Source: a virus
Taxonomy: Duplodnaviria > Heunggongvirae > Uroviricota > Caudoviricetes
Reading direction: 5' to 3' (one strand)
IMG/VR virus record: IMGVR_UViG_3300011008_000003
Length of the DNA: 64,000 bases
Shown here: piece after piece, positions 19,292 through 28,670 of the stretch
How the letters are laid out: every line of letters starts with the position of its first letter
Position numbering within the stretch: the stretch's first letter is position 1
Program-made: the position numbers and the translations under genes
The notes under the pieces: model-generated
Seen by the model: only the letters and a program-made list of their open reading frames with translations
Told to the model about the DNA's origin: nothing
The model's database searches: none

Positions 19292-19582
19292 ATGTTAGAC
19301 ACAATAATGTTATTAATCGGATATACTGGGGCTTTGGCGTTCGCTGTCTGTTCATTGCCGCAGGTAATAAAGGCATATAAGACGAAATCAACCGGTGATA
19401 TAAGTATATTTTTTATTATACTTTCGATTATCGGAAACCTTTGCAGTGCTGCATATATTTTCTATACGAATTATATAAGCGGGATGTGGCAATATCCTCA
19501 ATATGTTAATTATACGTTGGCAACGATTTTTATATTCATCTTGCTTGGACTAAAACTTAAATACGATAAGGACAAAAAATGA
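19292..19582 (+). CDS. PQ-loop / SemiSWEET-like small membrane protein
   Basis: 96 aa with three predicted TM helices and the LPQVIKAYKTKS motif after TM1, as in PQ-loop repeat proteins. Overlaps the next ORF as ATGA. Confidence 0.5.
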   Translation: MLDTIMLLIGYTGALAFAVCSLPQVIKAYKTKSTGDISIFFIILSIIGNLCSAAYIFYTNYISGMWQYPQYVNYTLATIFIFILLGLKLKYDKDKK

Positions 19583-20337
19583 AAGCTACTGAAATGGTAA
19601 AGACAATTAACGTTAATGACTTGGAAGAAGGCTGCGCAAGGGTTTTGCGATATGTCATTAGTCGTTATGCAAAGCCGGTTGAAAAGTATGTTCAGGTCGG
19701 CAGTTTAAATGATTTGAAAGAAACAGAATCATCTTGCTGGCAAATAAACAATAATGTTGAATATATCTATTCAGATACTCCACAGCCTGGTTATGTACCG
19801 GAACGTAAATTGGGTTATGAACACCAGTATATTTTGGAATCGGATTGGATTCCATATACTACAAAAGAAGCTAAAATTGAAGCTATCTTTAATGCATGCA
19901 AGGATGTAGCCAAGAAAGTCATTTTAAAGCCGAATTTTGACGGTGTAACAAGTGCTCAGGAACGTGCTGCTGTATATTGTACTGAATTGATTAAATATTC
20001 TAATAATATTCGAACTTCTACAAGACGTTCTGCAGCTAATTTGATTGTCTGCAATGACTTGTTTATGGAAAAGCTCGAAAAGGAAACTATGGGATTTGGT
20101 ATTCCGTTCTTTAATAAGGCAGTAGACGGTTCTGAAATTCTTATGAATAATTGTATTCATATTGTCAAGTCCGGATTAAAAGGAGACAAGCCTGAAGCAA
20201 TCGTAACTTATGCAGGTGTAGCGCCTACAGATGGCGGTAATGTTCTTGTTGAAGATACCGAGAATCTTCGTTTTGCTATCGCTAACCGATTCTATAATTC
20301 TGACAAGTATTATATTCATTTAACAATGGAAGACTAA
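19579..20337 (+). CDS. truncated capsid-protein paralog (shares a block with ORF 8..673)
   Basis: IRTSTRRSAANLIVCN vs VRTATRRGAANIAVVS, plus QER and YY-L blocks, relative to the putative major capsid protein. Translationally coupled to both flanking genes. Confidence 0.5.
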   Translation: MKATEMVKTINVNDLEEGCARVLRYVISRYAKPVEKYVQVGSLNDLKETESSCWQINNNVEYIYSDTPQPGYVPERKLGYEHQYILESDWIPYTTKEAKIEAIFNACKDVAKKVILKPNFDGVTSAQERAAVYCTELIKYSNNIRTSTRRSAANLIVCNDLFMEKLEKETMGFGIPFFNKAVDGSEILMNNCIHIVKSGLKGDKPEAIVTYAGVAPTDGGNVLVEDTENLRFAIANRFYNSDKYYIHLTMED

Positions 20338-20837
20338 TGAATTACAGTAAGATTGACCCGATGAGTATTGTCGACGGTGAAGGTTGTCGTGTTACTCTGT
20401 TCGTTTCCGGTTGTAGGAATCATTGTAAGGGATGTTTTAATCCCGAAACATGGAATTTCGATTACGGCCAAACTTTCGATATGATTGCAGTGAACGAAAT
20501 CATCGAAGCCTGTAAGAAACCGTACATTTCTGGCTTGACTATTTTGGGCGGAGAACCGTTCGAAGTAGAAAACCAGCCGGCGATTGCTGATCTTATTCGT
20601 AAATTCAAGGAAGTTTTGCCTGAAAAGAATATCTGGATGTTTACTGGATATATTTACGAGAAAAATCTCAGAATGGGACAAAGCCAGTATCTTGTAGGAA
20701 TTACGGATTATATTCTGGAAAATACAGATATTTTGGTTGACGGACCATTTATTCTTGAAGAAAGAGACCTAAATCTGAAATTCTGTGGTAGTAGAAACCA
20801 ACGATTACTAAGCAAAGACGATAGAGCTAAGCTATAA
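20337..20837 (+). CDS. nrdG: anaerobic RNR activating enzyme (radical SAM)
   Basis: CRNHCKGC CxxxCxxC cluster near the N-terminus and 166 aa size typical of NrdG. Downstream of nrdD. Confidence 0.85.
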   Translation: MNYSKIDPMSIVDGEGCRVTLFVSGCRNHCKGCFNPETWNFDYGQTFDMIAVNEIIEACKKPYISGLTILGGEPFEVENQPAIADLIRKFKEVLPEKNIWMFTGYIYEKNLRMGQSQYLVGITDYILENTDILVDGPFILEERDLNLKFCGSRNQRLLSKDDRAKL

Positions 20838-20841
20838 GAGA

Positions 20842-20872
20842 AAACCGGAAGTAATTCCGGTTTTTATTTTAA
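20842..20872 (+). terminator. intrinsic terminator (ccggaa-gtaa-ttccgg + TTTTTATTTT)
   Basis: Same hairpin family as at 746 and 2918. Confidence 0.7.
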
Positions 20873-20892
20873 ATTCCCTTTCTGTAAATTCT

Positions 20893-20900
20893 TATAAATA
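20893..20900 (+). promoter_or_regulatory. TATAAATA late promoter
   Basis: Exact box 25 nt upstream of the ATG at 20925, with AAGGAA RBS. Confidence 0.5.
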
Positions 20901-20924
20901 ATAAAGAAAAAGGAATTTAAAGGT

Positions 20925-22700
20925 ATGATAGCTAAAGCTGGTCAAATAATTGCAATAGATTCTGTAAAAGTAGACAATACCTTATCAGGTGACGGTGTAA
21001 GAACACCGCTTGGTGTTAAAGCGACTGCTCCAGCCGTATCTGGCCATGCTGGTTTGAGCGCTGAAAAGGTAGATAATACCGTATATATCGGAATGGAACC
21101 TGGTGCTGTTAAGGTTGTTTCGACTAATGAATCAGTTTCCATTGAAAAAACAGTAAAATCTGATGGTACGGTTGAATATAATCTTGGTGTTTCTGATACG
21201 AAAATCATCGGATCTAACGGTATTAGTGCTCGAGAAACTGCACCAGCTACATATACTATTGGTGTTTCTGGTGATTATGTAAAGTCAGAAACATTGAATG
21301 ACTATTATACCAAAGACGACGCTAATGCAACTTTCCAGCCTAAAGGTGATTATGTTGAAGAGTCTGAAATACAAGATATGGCAACAGAAACTTGGGTTGG
21401 TGAACATTATGTTCCGAAAAATGTTTTAGAGAGCTATTATACAAAAGATGAAGTTTACAATAAGAATGAAACTTATAGTAAAGATGAAGTTTATACAAAA
21501 CAAGAAGTTAATGATTTAATTCCTGATACTAGTAACTTTGCGCTTTCTGCTGATGTAGATACAGCAATAAATGAAGCTGCTGATGATATTAGTGATTGGG
21601 TAGAACATAATTTCCAGGAAATTGGTGATTATGCATCAACTAGTGATGTTGAAACAGCAAGTGCTAATGCTTATGATAAAGCAGTTGCAAAAATTCCAGA
21701 TGTCACTAATTTTATAACGAAAGATGTTAATAATTTAACATATTATTATGATAAAACAGAAACTAGTAGCACTTCTGAAATTACAAATGCTTTAAGTACA
21801 AAACTTGATTCAACCGTAGCTGAGCAAACATATCAACCAATAGGAAATTATGCTACTACATCAGATATAAATGACATGGCTACGCAGACTTGGGTAGGAC
21901 AACAAGGCTATCTGACTTCTATTCCTAATACTTATGCTTTAAAAAGTGATGTTGAAGCAGCAAGTGCTAATGCTTATGATAAAGCAGTTGCAAAAATACC
22001 AAACGTTGATAATTTTATAACAAAAGACGTTAATGATTTAACATATTACTATAAGAAGACTGAAACTAGTGGTTCTACTGAATTATCTACTGAATTTGCA
22101 AAAAAGGTAAATAATCCTGATACGTCATTAACTGATAAGTATTTGGTATTAAGAACTGATACTAATGGAGCAGTTAGTGGTTGGTGTAATTTTAATGATA
22201 AGATATATTCTAAGTCTGAATCTGATGGCAGATATATGCAGAAAAATACAGATTCTACTTTATCAGGTGATGGTACTACAAATAGTCCACTTGGAATAGA
22301 TTCTGATAATTTCTACGAATTAGATACTGCTGGAAATTATTTGGCATCACAGACTTCTAATCAGAAAACGATTATTAGTACAACTCCTGCATTGGATAAC
22401 GCTATTAGTAGGGTTTCTACTTCAGCCGATGTTTGGGACACGGTGTCTGCGAAGTCTACCGTTACAGTAAATACGACAAATAATGAGATTAAAGTAAATA
22501 ATAATGCTAATAGTGCTATAAGTGCTGTATCGTATGACTTATGCGAAGTAGGTGAACCAGATTTGATACCGCAGAAAATGATAGTCGGTACTTCTTCTGG
22601 TGCATTTGTAAGCTATGTAACTGGCGGAAAATGTAATGGAATGGGTACATTGTTCTTCTGGCTTGAATCGCAGCAACCATGGAATCCTGTTAATGAATAG
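20925..22700 (+). CDS. tail fibre protein with internal roughly 100-aa repeat modules
   Basis: Repeated SDVE(T/A)ASANAYDKAVAKIP...NFITKDVN.LTYYY.KTETS and MAT(E/Q)TWVG modules. Late promoter upstream. Confidence 0.55.
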   Translation: MIAKAGQIIAIDSVKVDNTLSGDGVRTPLGVKATAPAVSGHAGLSAEKVDNTVYIGMEPGAVKVVSTNESVSIEKTVKSDGTVEYNLGVSDTKIIGSNGISARETAPATYTIGVSGDYVKSETLNDYYTKDDANATFQPKGDYVEESEIQDMATETWVGEHYVPKNVLESYYTKDEVYNKNETYSKDEVYTKQEVNDLIPDTSNFALSADVDTAINEAADDISDWVEHNFQEIGDYASTSDVETASANAYDKAVAKIPDVTNFITKDVNNLTYYYDKTETSSTSEITNALSTKLDSTVAEQTYQPIGNYATTSDINDMATQTWVGQQGYLTSIPNTYALKSDVEAASANAYDKAVAKIPNVDNFITKDVNDLTYYYKKTETSGSTELSTEFAKKVNNPDTSLTDKYLVLRTDTNGAVSGWCNFNDKIYSKSESDGRYMQKNTDSTLSGDGTTNSPLGIDSDNFYELDTAGNYLASQTSNQKTIISTTPALDNAISRVSTSADVWDTVSAKSTVTVNTTNNEIKVNNNANSAISAVSYDLCEVGEPDLIPQKMIVGTSSGAFVSYVTGGKCNGMGTLFFWLESQQPWNPVNE

Positions 22701-22712
22701 TGAGGAAAGTTA

Positions 22713-24239
22713 ATGCCTTGGAATGTAAGAGGTAAAATTGCATGCCATTATCCTGCAAGAGGTAATCCAAATTTAGACGTTATGGCTATTGGATTTGTTC
22801 CTGCTGGAAGTAATCAATCTGCAAATGATATAAAAAATATAAAGGCTGTATATTTTATTCCAGCCGGTATTGATCCATCTACTGTTACGGTAAATAATTT
22901 ACATGATTACTTGGTTTGGGAAAGATATTGGGAAGAACCTTCACAGCGTTTATTAGCTGAAGATACTGGTCATTATGTATTGATGAAATATAGTCCAACT
23001 TCAGATATAACAGTATCATCTATTGGTATTTTAACAAAAGGTACTGGAACTAATAGCCGTTGTGTTTATATCTTAGATGAAAATGGTATTTTAATTGGTA
23101 AAAGTACCGGTAATGAAGCAAAAGTAGAAGATACTACTATACATGGATATACAGCAATAAAAAGAACTACAACATTTGATACTTCTATTACATTAAAAGA
23201 AGGTAAAGATTATTGGATTCAATATTATTTTGAAGGTTGTCAAAATTCACCAGATGCATATTATTTAAATGAACAAGGAACAGAATATAAAAACTTAGCA
23301 TTAAATAATTATTCACAAGCAACCCCAGTTGATATGTCTTCAATGAATTATATTGGTGAACTATTTCAGTCAAATACGCAAATGGCTGATATAGTTGCGA
23401 CGATCTTGCAATTAAATCAAGGAGAAGTGTTTAGACCAAGACGTAGTTCAGAATGGCCTATTCAAGGCATGACAATTAACTATTTTTATGAGAGAAATAG
23501 TAATTATATAAACAAAACAGTTTCACAAGTAGATCATTCACAACTTCAAACTTATAAAGATAAACCGAGAAATTCTGAATTAGCGAGCATGAGTACAGGT
23601 GACTTGCTTGTTATCGGATATGATAACAGTGGTAATGGTATGGTTTACGTTTGGGAAAGAACAGCAGTTACACTGCCATCTAACATTACAGATTATGCTA
23701 TATCAACAAGAGCAGAAATTGTGAATTGGATGGTTGCTGCAAATGTTGCTGATAATGGTAATACATTCTTCAGTGTTAGCTATTGGGATTGGCCTTACAA
23801 AGCTCCTGATACAGATGGTTCAATTTACGTTCGCACTGATAAAGGAAGCATTAAATTTTCTAGTTCAAGTGATGCACTTAATGCTCCACCAGCGTCACCA
23901 GTTATTGGTGCATTATATTTAAAAGCGAATGGTGCAGTGTTTCCTGGTGTTGGACAATATCGAGGCGATGTAATGGTATATTATGATGGAAATCAATGGA
24001 AAGAATTTGCTACTGAATCTAATACTATTGATACAGAATACACAATGGCTGATGGAACAACGAAAATCAAATACTTTAATAAACTAAGTTCTTCGTCATT
24101 TGCTACAGAAATAACATCATCAGTGTTTCCAGGAATTATTACACAGTTAAATCCACAACCTACATTGATTGACATTACACAAACACAATCAGATTATATT
24201 AAGCATTATCTTGAAATTAACGGAAATGAGGTCACATAA
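22713..24239 (+). CDS. hypothetical tail fibre / receptor-binding protein (508 aa)
   Basis: Follows the tail fibre gene in an AT-rich block; no motif recognised. Confidence 0.4.
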   Translation: MPWNVRGKIACHYPARGNPNLDVMAIGFVPAGSNQSANDIKNIKAVYFIPAGIDPSTVTVNNLHDYLVWERYWEEPSQRLLAEDTGHYVLMKYSPTSDITVSSIGILTKGTGTNSRCVYILDENGILIGKSTGNEAKVEDTTIHGYTAIKRTTTFDTSITLKEGKDYWIQYYFEGCQNSPDAYYLNEQGTEYKNLALNNYSQATPVDMSSMNYIGELFQSNTQMADIVATILQLNQGEVFRPRRSSEWPIQGMTINYFYERNSNYINKTVSQVDHSQLQTYKDKPRNSELASMSTGDLLVIGYDNSGNGMVYVWERTAVTLPSNITDYAISTRAEIVNWMVAANVADNGNTFFSVSYWDWPYKAPDTDGSIYVRTDKGSIKFSSSSDALNAPPASPVIGALYLKANGAVFPGVGQYRGDVMVYYDGNQWKEFATESNTIDTEYTMADGTTKIKYFNKLSSSSFATEITSSVFPGIITQLNPQPTLIDITQTQSDYIKHYLEINGNEVT

Positions 24240-24880
24240 TGATGTATTATGCTATTGACAAAGAAACAAATAAATTAAAAATAACAGCAGATAGTTTGTT
24301 ATTGTTAAAAAATGAAATTAAAAATTTAGGTAAATCAGAAGAAGACTATTTAATTTTAGAGGACGTAGATATGAAATATATTTCACGTATCGTTTATGTT
24401 GATGGCCAATGTGTTTATAATAATCGTGATTTTTGGCTAAATAAAGCACAAGATATTCTTGAAGATTATGATGAGCATGAAGTATTAGATTTTATGGGAC
24501 TTCCTGTAAATAAATTCAGATATGAAACAGAACGTAATTCAAATGCTTCAAGATTATCAGCTATTGATGGAACTGCTGGTGAAGTAGATTATAATATTAC
24601 TGTAGGAGCTGAATTCATTTCTTTATTCCGTGAAGAATGTATTAAGACTAAATTTGAAACAGTTACACCGATTGAAATTGGTATGAAACTGTCGCCAGTA
24701 ATTTCTTTTGTATTAACTGGTTCATTCCGTGAAGCAAAACTTACATTAAAAACTATTGAAAATGATGCTTTTTTGACAGAAGAACGTATGCAAAAATACG
24801 AAGATATGTTGGATGCGGCAGACGTAATTACTTATGCGACAGACGAAGAATATTATTATACAGCAGGTGAAGAGGTTTAA
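24239..24880 (+). CDS. hypothetical protein (possible fibre assembly factor)
   Basis: ATGA overlap with the upstream gene; 213 aa. Confidence 0.4.
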   Translation: MMYYAIDKETNKLKITADSLLLLKNEIKNLGKSEEDYLILEDVDMKYISRIVYVDGQCVYNNRDFWLNKAQDILEDYDEHEVLDFMGLPVNKFRYETERNSNASRLSAIDGTAGEVDYNITVGAEFISLFREECIKTKFETVTPIEIGMKLSPVISFVLTGSFREAKLTLKTIENDAFLTEERMQKYEDMLDAADVITYATDEEYYYTAGEEV

Positions 24881-25648
24881 ATGTTAACCGCAAAAAATGC
24901 ATCATCTCATATTTTATATTTTGGTGATAAAACCAAAATATTAAAAGAAAAACAAATGATAGACGTCAAGTGGTATACTTATGACGAAATTATTTCTATG
25001 CTTGAAACAGGAGATAAGGTTGCATTTCTAATTAGACACTCTCAGAAATCTGGAGATAATTTAACTAACGATGGTATTGCTTGGGTTAATGATACAAAAT
25101 CTCAAATAACAACAGCAGGTTTATCCGTAAATAGTTTTGATTATTATTCTTCTGGTGCTTCTTATTGTGATGCTACATTAAATCAATTTGGTGTTTCTTA
25201 TTCTACATTAAATTGTTTAAATAAGTATTTCTATTATGATTCAAGTTCCATAAACAATAATAGAAATATTATATCTGCTTATGCATATTGTCATCCTACA
25301 ACAGGTTCCGATGAGTTAACTACTGAACATGCTGCAGTAATTGGATGTAATAATACAGAAGTTTCTATTAATGAACATGTAAATTTGAAAACATCTTTAT
25401 TGATGGATGCTATTTTAAATAAGCTTCACAATACACAGAATAATATAATGATGGTGACACATGATGATATATTAGTTCCATTTACTGTGACAATTTCAGG
25501 TAAAGGTTTACACATGAGAGCTTATATGTCTGACACAGATGAAAAAGAATGGATAAGTTTTATGGGTGGAACTGCAGTTATATTAAGAGCTGATGGAACA
25601 TTTAGAGCATATCCGATAACAAGTGGACATGAAGATCCAACTAATTAA
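24881..25648 (+). CDS. hypothetical protein
   Basis: 255 aa ORF; terminator downstream. Confidence 0.4.
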   Translation: MLTAKNASSHILYFGDKTKILKEKQMIDVKWYTYDEIISMLETGDKVAFLIRHSQKSGDNLTNDGIAWVNDTKSQITTAGLSVNSFDYYSSGASYCDATLNQFGVSYSTLNCLNKYFYYDSSSINNNRNIISAYAYCHPTTGSDELTTEHAAVIGCNNTEVSINEHVNLKTSLLMDAILNKLHNTQNNIMMVTHDDILVPFTVTISGKGLHMRAYMSDTDEKEWISFMGGTAVILRADGTFRAYPITSGHEDPTN

Positions 25649-25678
25649 AAAAGCAAGATTTAATCTTGCTTTTTAATT
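25648..25678. terminator. bidirectional terminator (agcaagat-tta-atcttgct)
   Basis: 8-bp stem with A-run upstream and T-run downstream, between convergent genes. Confidence 0.6.
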
Positions 25679-26007
25679 TCTCTATTGTCTTTAACTTTTG
25701 AAAGTCTGTATTTTAAGAAATCACGAACTCGCTGAATAGTAGGATATTTAATAATCTGGTTTTCAGTAATGTCATTCCATGCGTCTGTATATCCGTTAAA
25801 CAGCATGATAAACCACCAATAGTTCTGTGTACCGTAGATTCGATAAGAAATGATGTCAGGTCTACATTCTTCGATTTTCTTGACTCTGTAATAGGAAACC
25901 GGGCCGAAGTCATAGGAATCGAAATATAATGAACCCATATCGTACTGTGCGATATTGTCAACCAGTTCTTTGTTCAGGTAATTGGTTCTTTCGGTTATAT
26001 TATCCAT
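25660..26007 (-). CDS. hypothetical small protein
   Basis: ORF with a minus-strand TATAAATA 7 nt before the ATG (26015-26022). Confidence 0.4.
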   Translation of the reverse strand: MDNITERTNYLNKELVDNIAQYDMGSLYFDSYDFGPVSYYRVKKIEECRPDIISYRIYGTQNYWWFIMLFNGYTDAWNDITENQIIKYPTIQRVRDFLKYRLSKVKDNREIKKQD

Positions 26008-26026
26008 ACTGTATTATTTATAGCAT

Positions 26027-26482
26027 TTAGAAAGTAGCCGACAGGATCTTCTTATATTCGATGTAATTCTTGATAGTAAACGCGAGGTTTTTAATATTCT
26101 CAAGTGTACTTTCAATGAATTCCAGAATATATTTCTGCTGGTTAACTTCCTTCATCTTGGCGATGTATGCAGGAGTACAGTTAATCTGAGTTTCGATACC
26201 TTTTGTATTATCCCAGATTTGGTTTACGGTAATTCCGTATTTAGCCTGGAGGTCGGTCGTCTGTCTGGAAAATTTATAACATTTATAGATGTCGCCATAA
26301 ATTTCCATAAGTTCGATATTGAGGTGAGAATAAACAAACTTCTGGTTATTATACAGCTTAGTCCAGTCCTGTACGAGGGCGGGCAAAAGGTTATTCTTGG
26401 TCATGATGGCTTCAAAGGTGTCAGGCATCTTGACATCCTTATCGGCTTTCTGTTTCAATAATTTAAATTCATCAATCGTCAT
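26027..26482 (-). CDS. hypothetical protein
   Basis: 151 aa ORF; a minus-strand TATAAATA precedes the ATG by 7 nt. Confidence 0.4.
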   Translation of the reverse strand: MTIDEFKLLKQKADKDVKMPDTFEAIMTKNNLLPALVQDWTKLYNNQKFVYSHLNIELMEIYGDIYKCYKFSRQTTDLQAKYGITVNQIWDNTKGIETQINCTPAYIAKMKEVNQQKYILEFIESTLENIKNLAFTIKNYIEYKKILSATF

Positions 26483-26859
26483 AGTACAGTATTTATAGTC
26501 CCGTCTAAAGAGTTAAGCGCTTCTTCAATTTCATTGTTGTGTCTATAGGCCATGTAGCCTTCGTAAGTAAGACTCAGGTTATATTCTTTTCGTTCGACAT
26601 TTGCCCAGTAAATATACTCATAGAATCTGCCTTCGATTTCTTCTTTCATAACCTGTTCAGTCGCATTGTTAGCGGGCATGAACAAATATTTTTCGAACAT
26701 ATCATGACATTCTTTTTTAAACATTTCTAAACCGAATAATACGGCATATTCTGGATATTTTGTAGTATCAAGTTTGAATACAGTATCTTGGAGTGCACAT
26801 CCTGTTAAGTTAATTCTGAATTCAACCGCATCTTTTAGCTTTGTAACATTTATACCCAT
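26479..26859 (-). CDS. hypothetical protein
   Basis: 126 aa ORF with overlapping stop/start arrangement. Confidence 0.35.
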   Translation of the reverse strand: MGINVTKLKDAVEFRINLTGCALQDTVFKLDTTKYPEYAVLFGLEMFKKECHDMFEKYLFMPANNATEQVMKEEIEGRFYEYIYWANVERKEYNLSLTYEGYMAYRHNNEIEEALNSLDGTINTVL

Positions 26860-27622
26860 ATTCTTTCATCTCGTCTTTTATAAAGTCTTTATATTCAGTC
26901 AGACCGATTTCATCATATACCCAATCTTCATCAACCGGTTTTGTAAAGTCATATACAGGAACGCAGTCATATTTCGTATGCTGGTTAAACTTATAGAGAT
27001 AGTTTAAGAACATCGCAATATCTGTATTACAGTAATCTATGAAATTTTTACACTCTTCCGTAGTGGCAAATCCTATATACTGATTTTTGAACCGTAACGT
27101 AGGTTCTGGGACGTTTTGTAATGGGGTATATCTTTCCTTGCTTAAAAGCGTTGGCCAGTCCCAGCAGCGTCTATGGCCCCTTATTTCGCTTAATTGGATG
27201 TACCATTCATTCTTCTTGCCCTGTTCGGTCCCGATTGTCTTTTTTCCAATCAAATATTGGTCTACAATTCCGGTAATTTCCTTATATTTAGCTGGATCTG
27301 AAAACTTATTCCAACGTAATTCAAGCAGGTCAGCTTTCTTTTCGCCGAATACGAAAATACCTACATCAGAGAAAAATGCAGCGTCGTCAAACTTGGCGTC
27401 GCCGACCACGGTTTCGATTCTTTCGAATTTTTCAAAATTCTTGTTGAGAATCTCAATATGCTTATAGTTGACATTTTCTTTGATTCTTGGATTGTCAACG
27501 AAATCAGTAGGTATAATCCAAACAGCCCTATCAGAGATCTTCGAGCATTCCGACATTATCTTTAGATAGAGCTTTTCGCCTTTGCCGTTATATGGTGGAT
27601 TTCCTATAATATTGAATTTCAT
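26822..27622 (-). CDS. NPPY-motif protein (N6-adenine methyltransferase-like; no recognisable SAM-binding motif I)
   Basis: IIGNPPYNG at residues 5-13 is a classic motif IV of amino-MTases, but no FxGxG motif was found in the remaining 250 aa. Confidence 0.35.
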   Translation of the reverse strand: MKFNIIGNPPYNGKGEKLYLKIMSECSKISDRAVWIIPTDFVDNPRIKENVNYKHIEILNKNFEKFERIETVVGDAKFDDAAFFSDVGIFVFGEKKADLLELRWNKFSDPAKYKEITGIVDQYLIGKKTIGTEQGKKNEWYIQLSEIRGHRRCWDWPTLLSKERYTPLQNVPEPTLRFKNQYIGFATTEECKNFIDYCNTDIAMFLNYLYKFNQHTKYDCVPVYDFTKPVDEDWVYDEIGLTEYKDFIKDEMKEYGYKCYKAKRCG

Positions 27623-27978
27623 TCTTGACAGTAATATTCAGTTTTAAGATTTTCGATAGCCTGGAATAAATCAGCTTGATTATTAAGTTTCAGTTTCCAG
27701 CCGTTACATTCGATAGTATCACCAACTTTAATGACAATTTCCGGATTTCTATTACGAAGCATCTGTGCTGGAAAAAACTTAGAAAAACCCATGTAATTTA
27801 CTTGTGCATAAGTTGGAACTTCCTTATGTTCGGACAGCCCGATACTTGTAATTTTGTTACGGTCAAGCGAAAGAGGAAAAGCTTCCATGTTCGGTTTAAA
27901 CTTGTAATACCATACACAGCTTTGGTCGTTATAACGTTTGAATTCAATTTCCTTCATTATTTTCCTCTTGTAGGTCAT
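27619..27978 (-). CDS. small hypothetical protein, paralog of the adjacent gene
   Basis: C-terminus GDTIECNGWKLKL...ADLFQAIENLKTEY vs GDVISCNSWSKEI...GDVIAVLENLRLEY in ORF 27944..28357. Confidence 0.4.
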   Translation of the reverse strand: MTYKRKIMKEIEFKRYNDQSCVWYYKFKPNMEAFPLSLDRNKITSIGLSEHKEVPTYAQVNYMGFSKFFPAQMLRNRNPEIVIKVGDTIECNGWKLKLNNQADLFQAIENLKTEYYCQE

Positions 27979-28357
27979 ATTCTAATCTTAGGTTTTCCAG
28001 TACGGCTATAACATCGCCAGTAGTTTTAATTTCTTTGGACCAAGAATTACATGATATTACGTCGCCTCGCATAATCAACTGAGTACAATCAACTGGCAGA
28101 AGATCTAGCGGCGGAAATGTACGACGATGTATTTCTGTACTACTGTCAGGGTCTAATTCATCTGGAAGTTCTTTTATACCAATACCATACTGTTCAACTT
28201 TATCCATAGATAGAAAAAATTCACTAAAATTATTCCATTTCGGCGTCAAGTCTTCAGTATATCTTCTTGAATCAAACAGTGTATAATGATACCAGCGAGC
28301 AAACTTGCCGATGACATTAAGCCCATGTCTTGAAATGTGAAATTTAATAGGTTTCAT
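27944..28357 (-). CDS. small hypothetical protein, paralog of 27619..27978
   Basis: See paralogous C-terminal block. Confidence 0.4.
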   Translation of the reverse strand: MKPIKFHISRHGLNVIGKFARWYHYTLFDSRRYTEDLTPKWNNFSEFFLSMDKVEQYGIGIKELPDELDPDSSTEIHRRTFPPLDLLPVDCTQLIMRGDVISCNSWSKEIKTTGDVIAVLENLRLEYDLQEENNEGN

Positions 28358-28358
28358 G

Positions 28359-28670
28359 TTATTTCAAATCTTTAAGGATGCTGTCCGTCAGTTTATTTTC
28401 GAAATACGCTTTTAGTTCTATCGCTGGAGGAAATTTAAAATTAAATTTTTCTTGTGCATAAGCTAAACCTCTAGCAGCAAGCATATATTCGATATTAACC
28501 GGCATTTTAGTATTAGGTTTTTTGAACTTATAAAGTTCTATACCATAATCGATAAATATAGTAAGGAAATCTAAGACATATTCCTTATAGTTCTTGAACA
28601 TATGATGTCGTTTTAGACCATATTTATCTTCCAGCTTCATTCTTTCCGAACTCCTTGTAACGTTCGACAC
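28359..28670 (-). CDS. hypothetical protein
   Basis: 103 aa ORF. Confidence 0.35.
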   Translation of the reverse strand: MSNVTRSSERMKLEDKYGLKRHHMFKNYKEYVLDFLTIFIDYGIELYKFKKPNTKMPVNIEYMLAARGLAYAQEKFNFKFPPAIELKAYFENKLTDSILKDLK

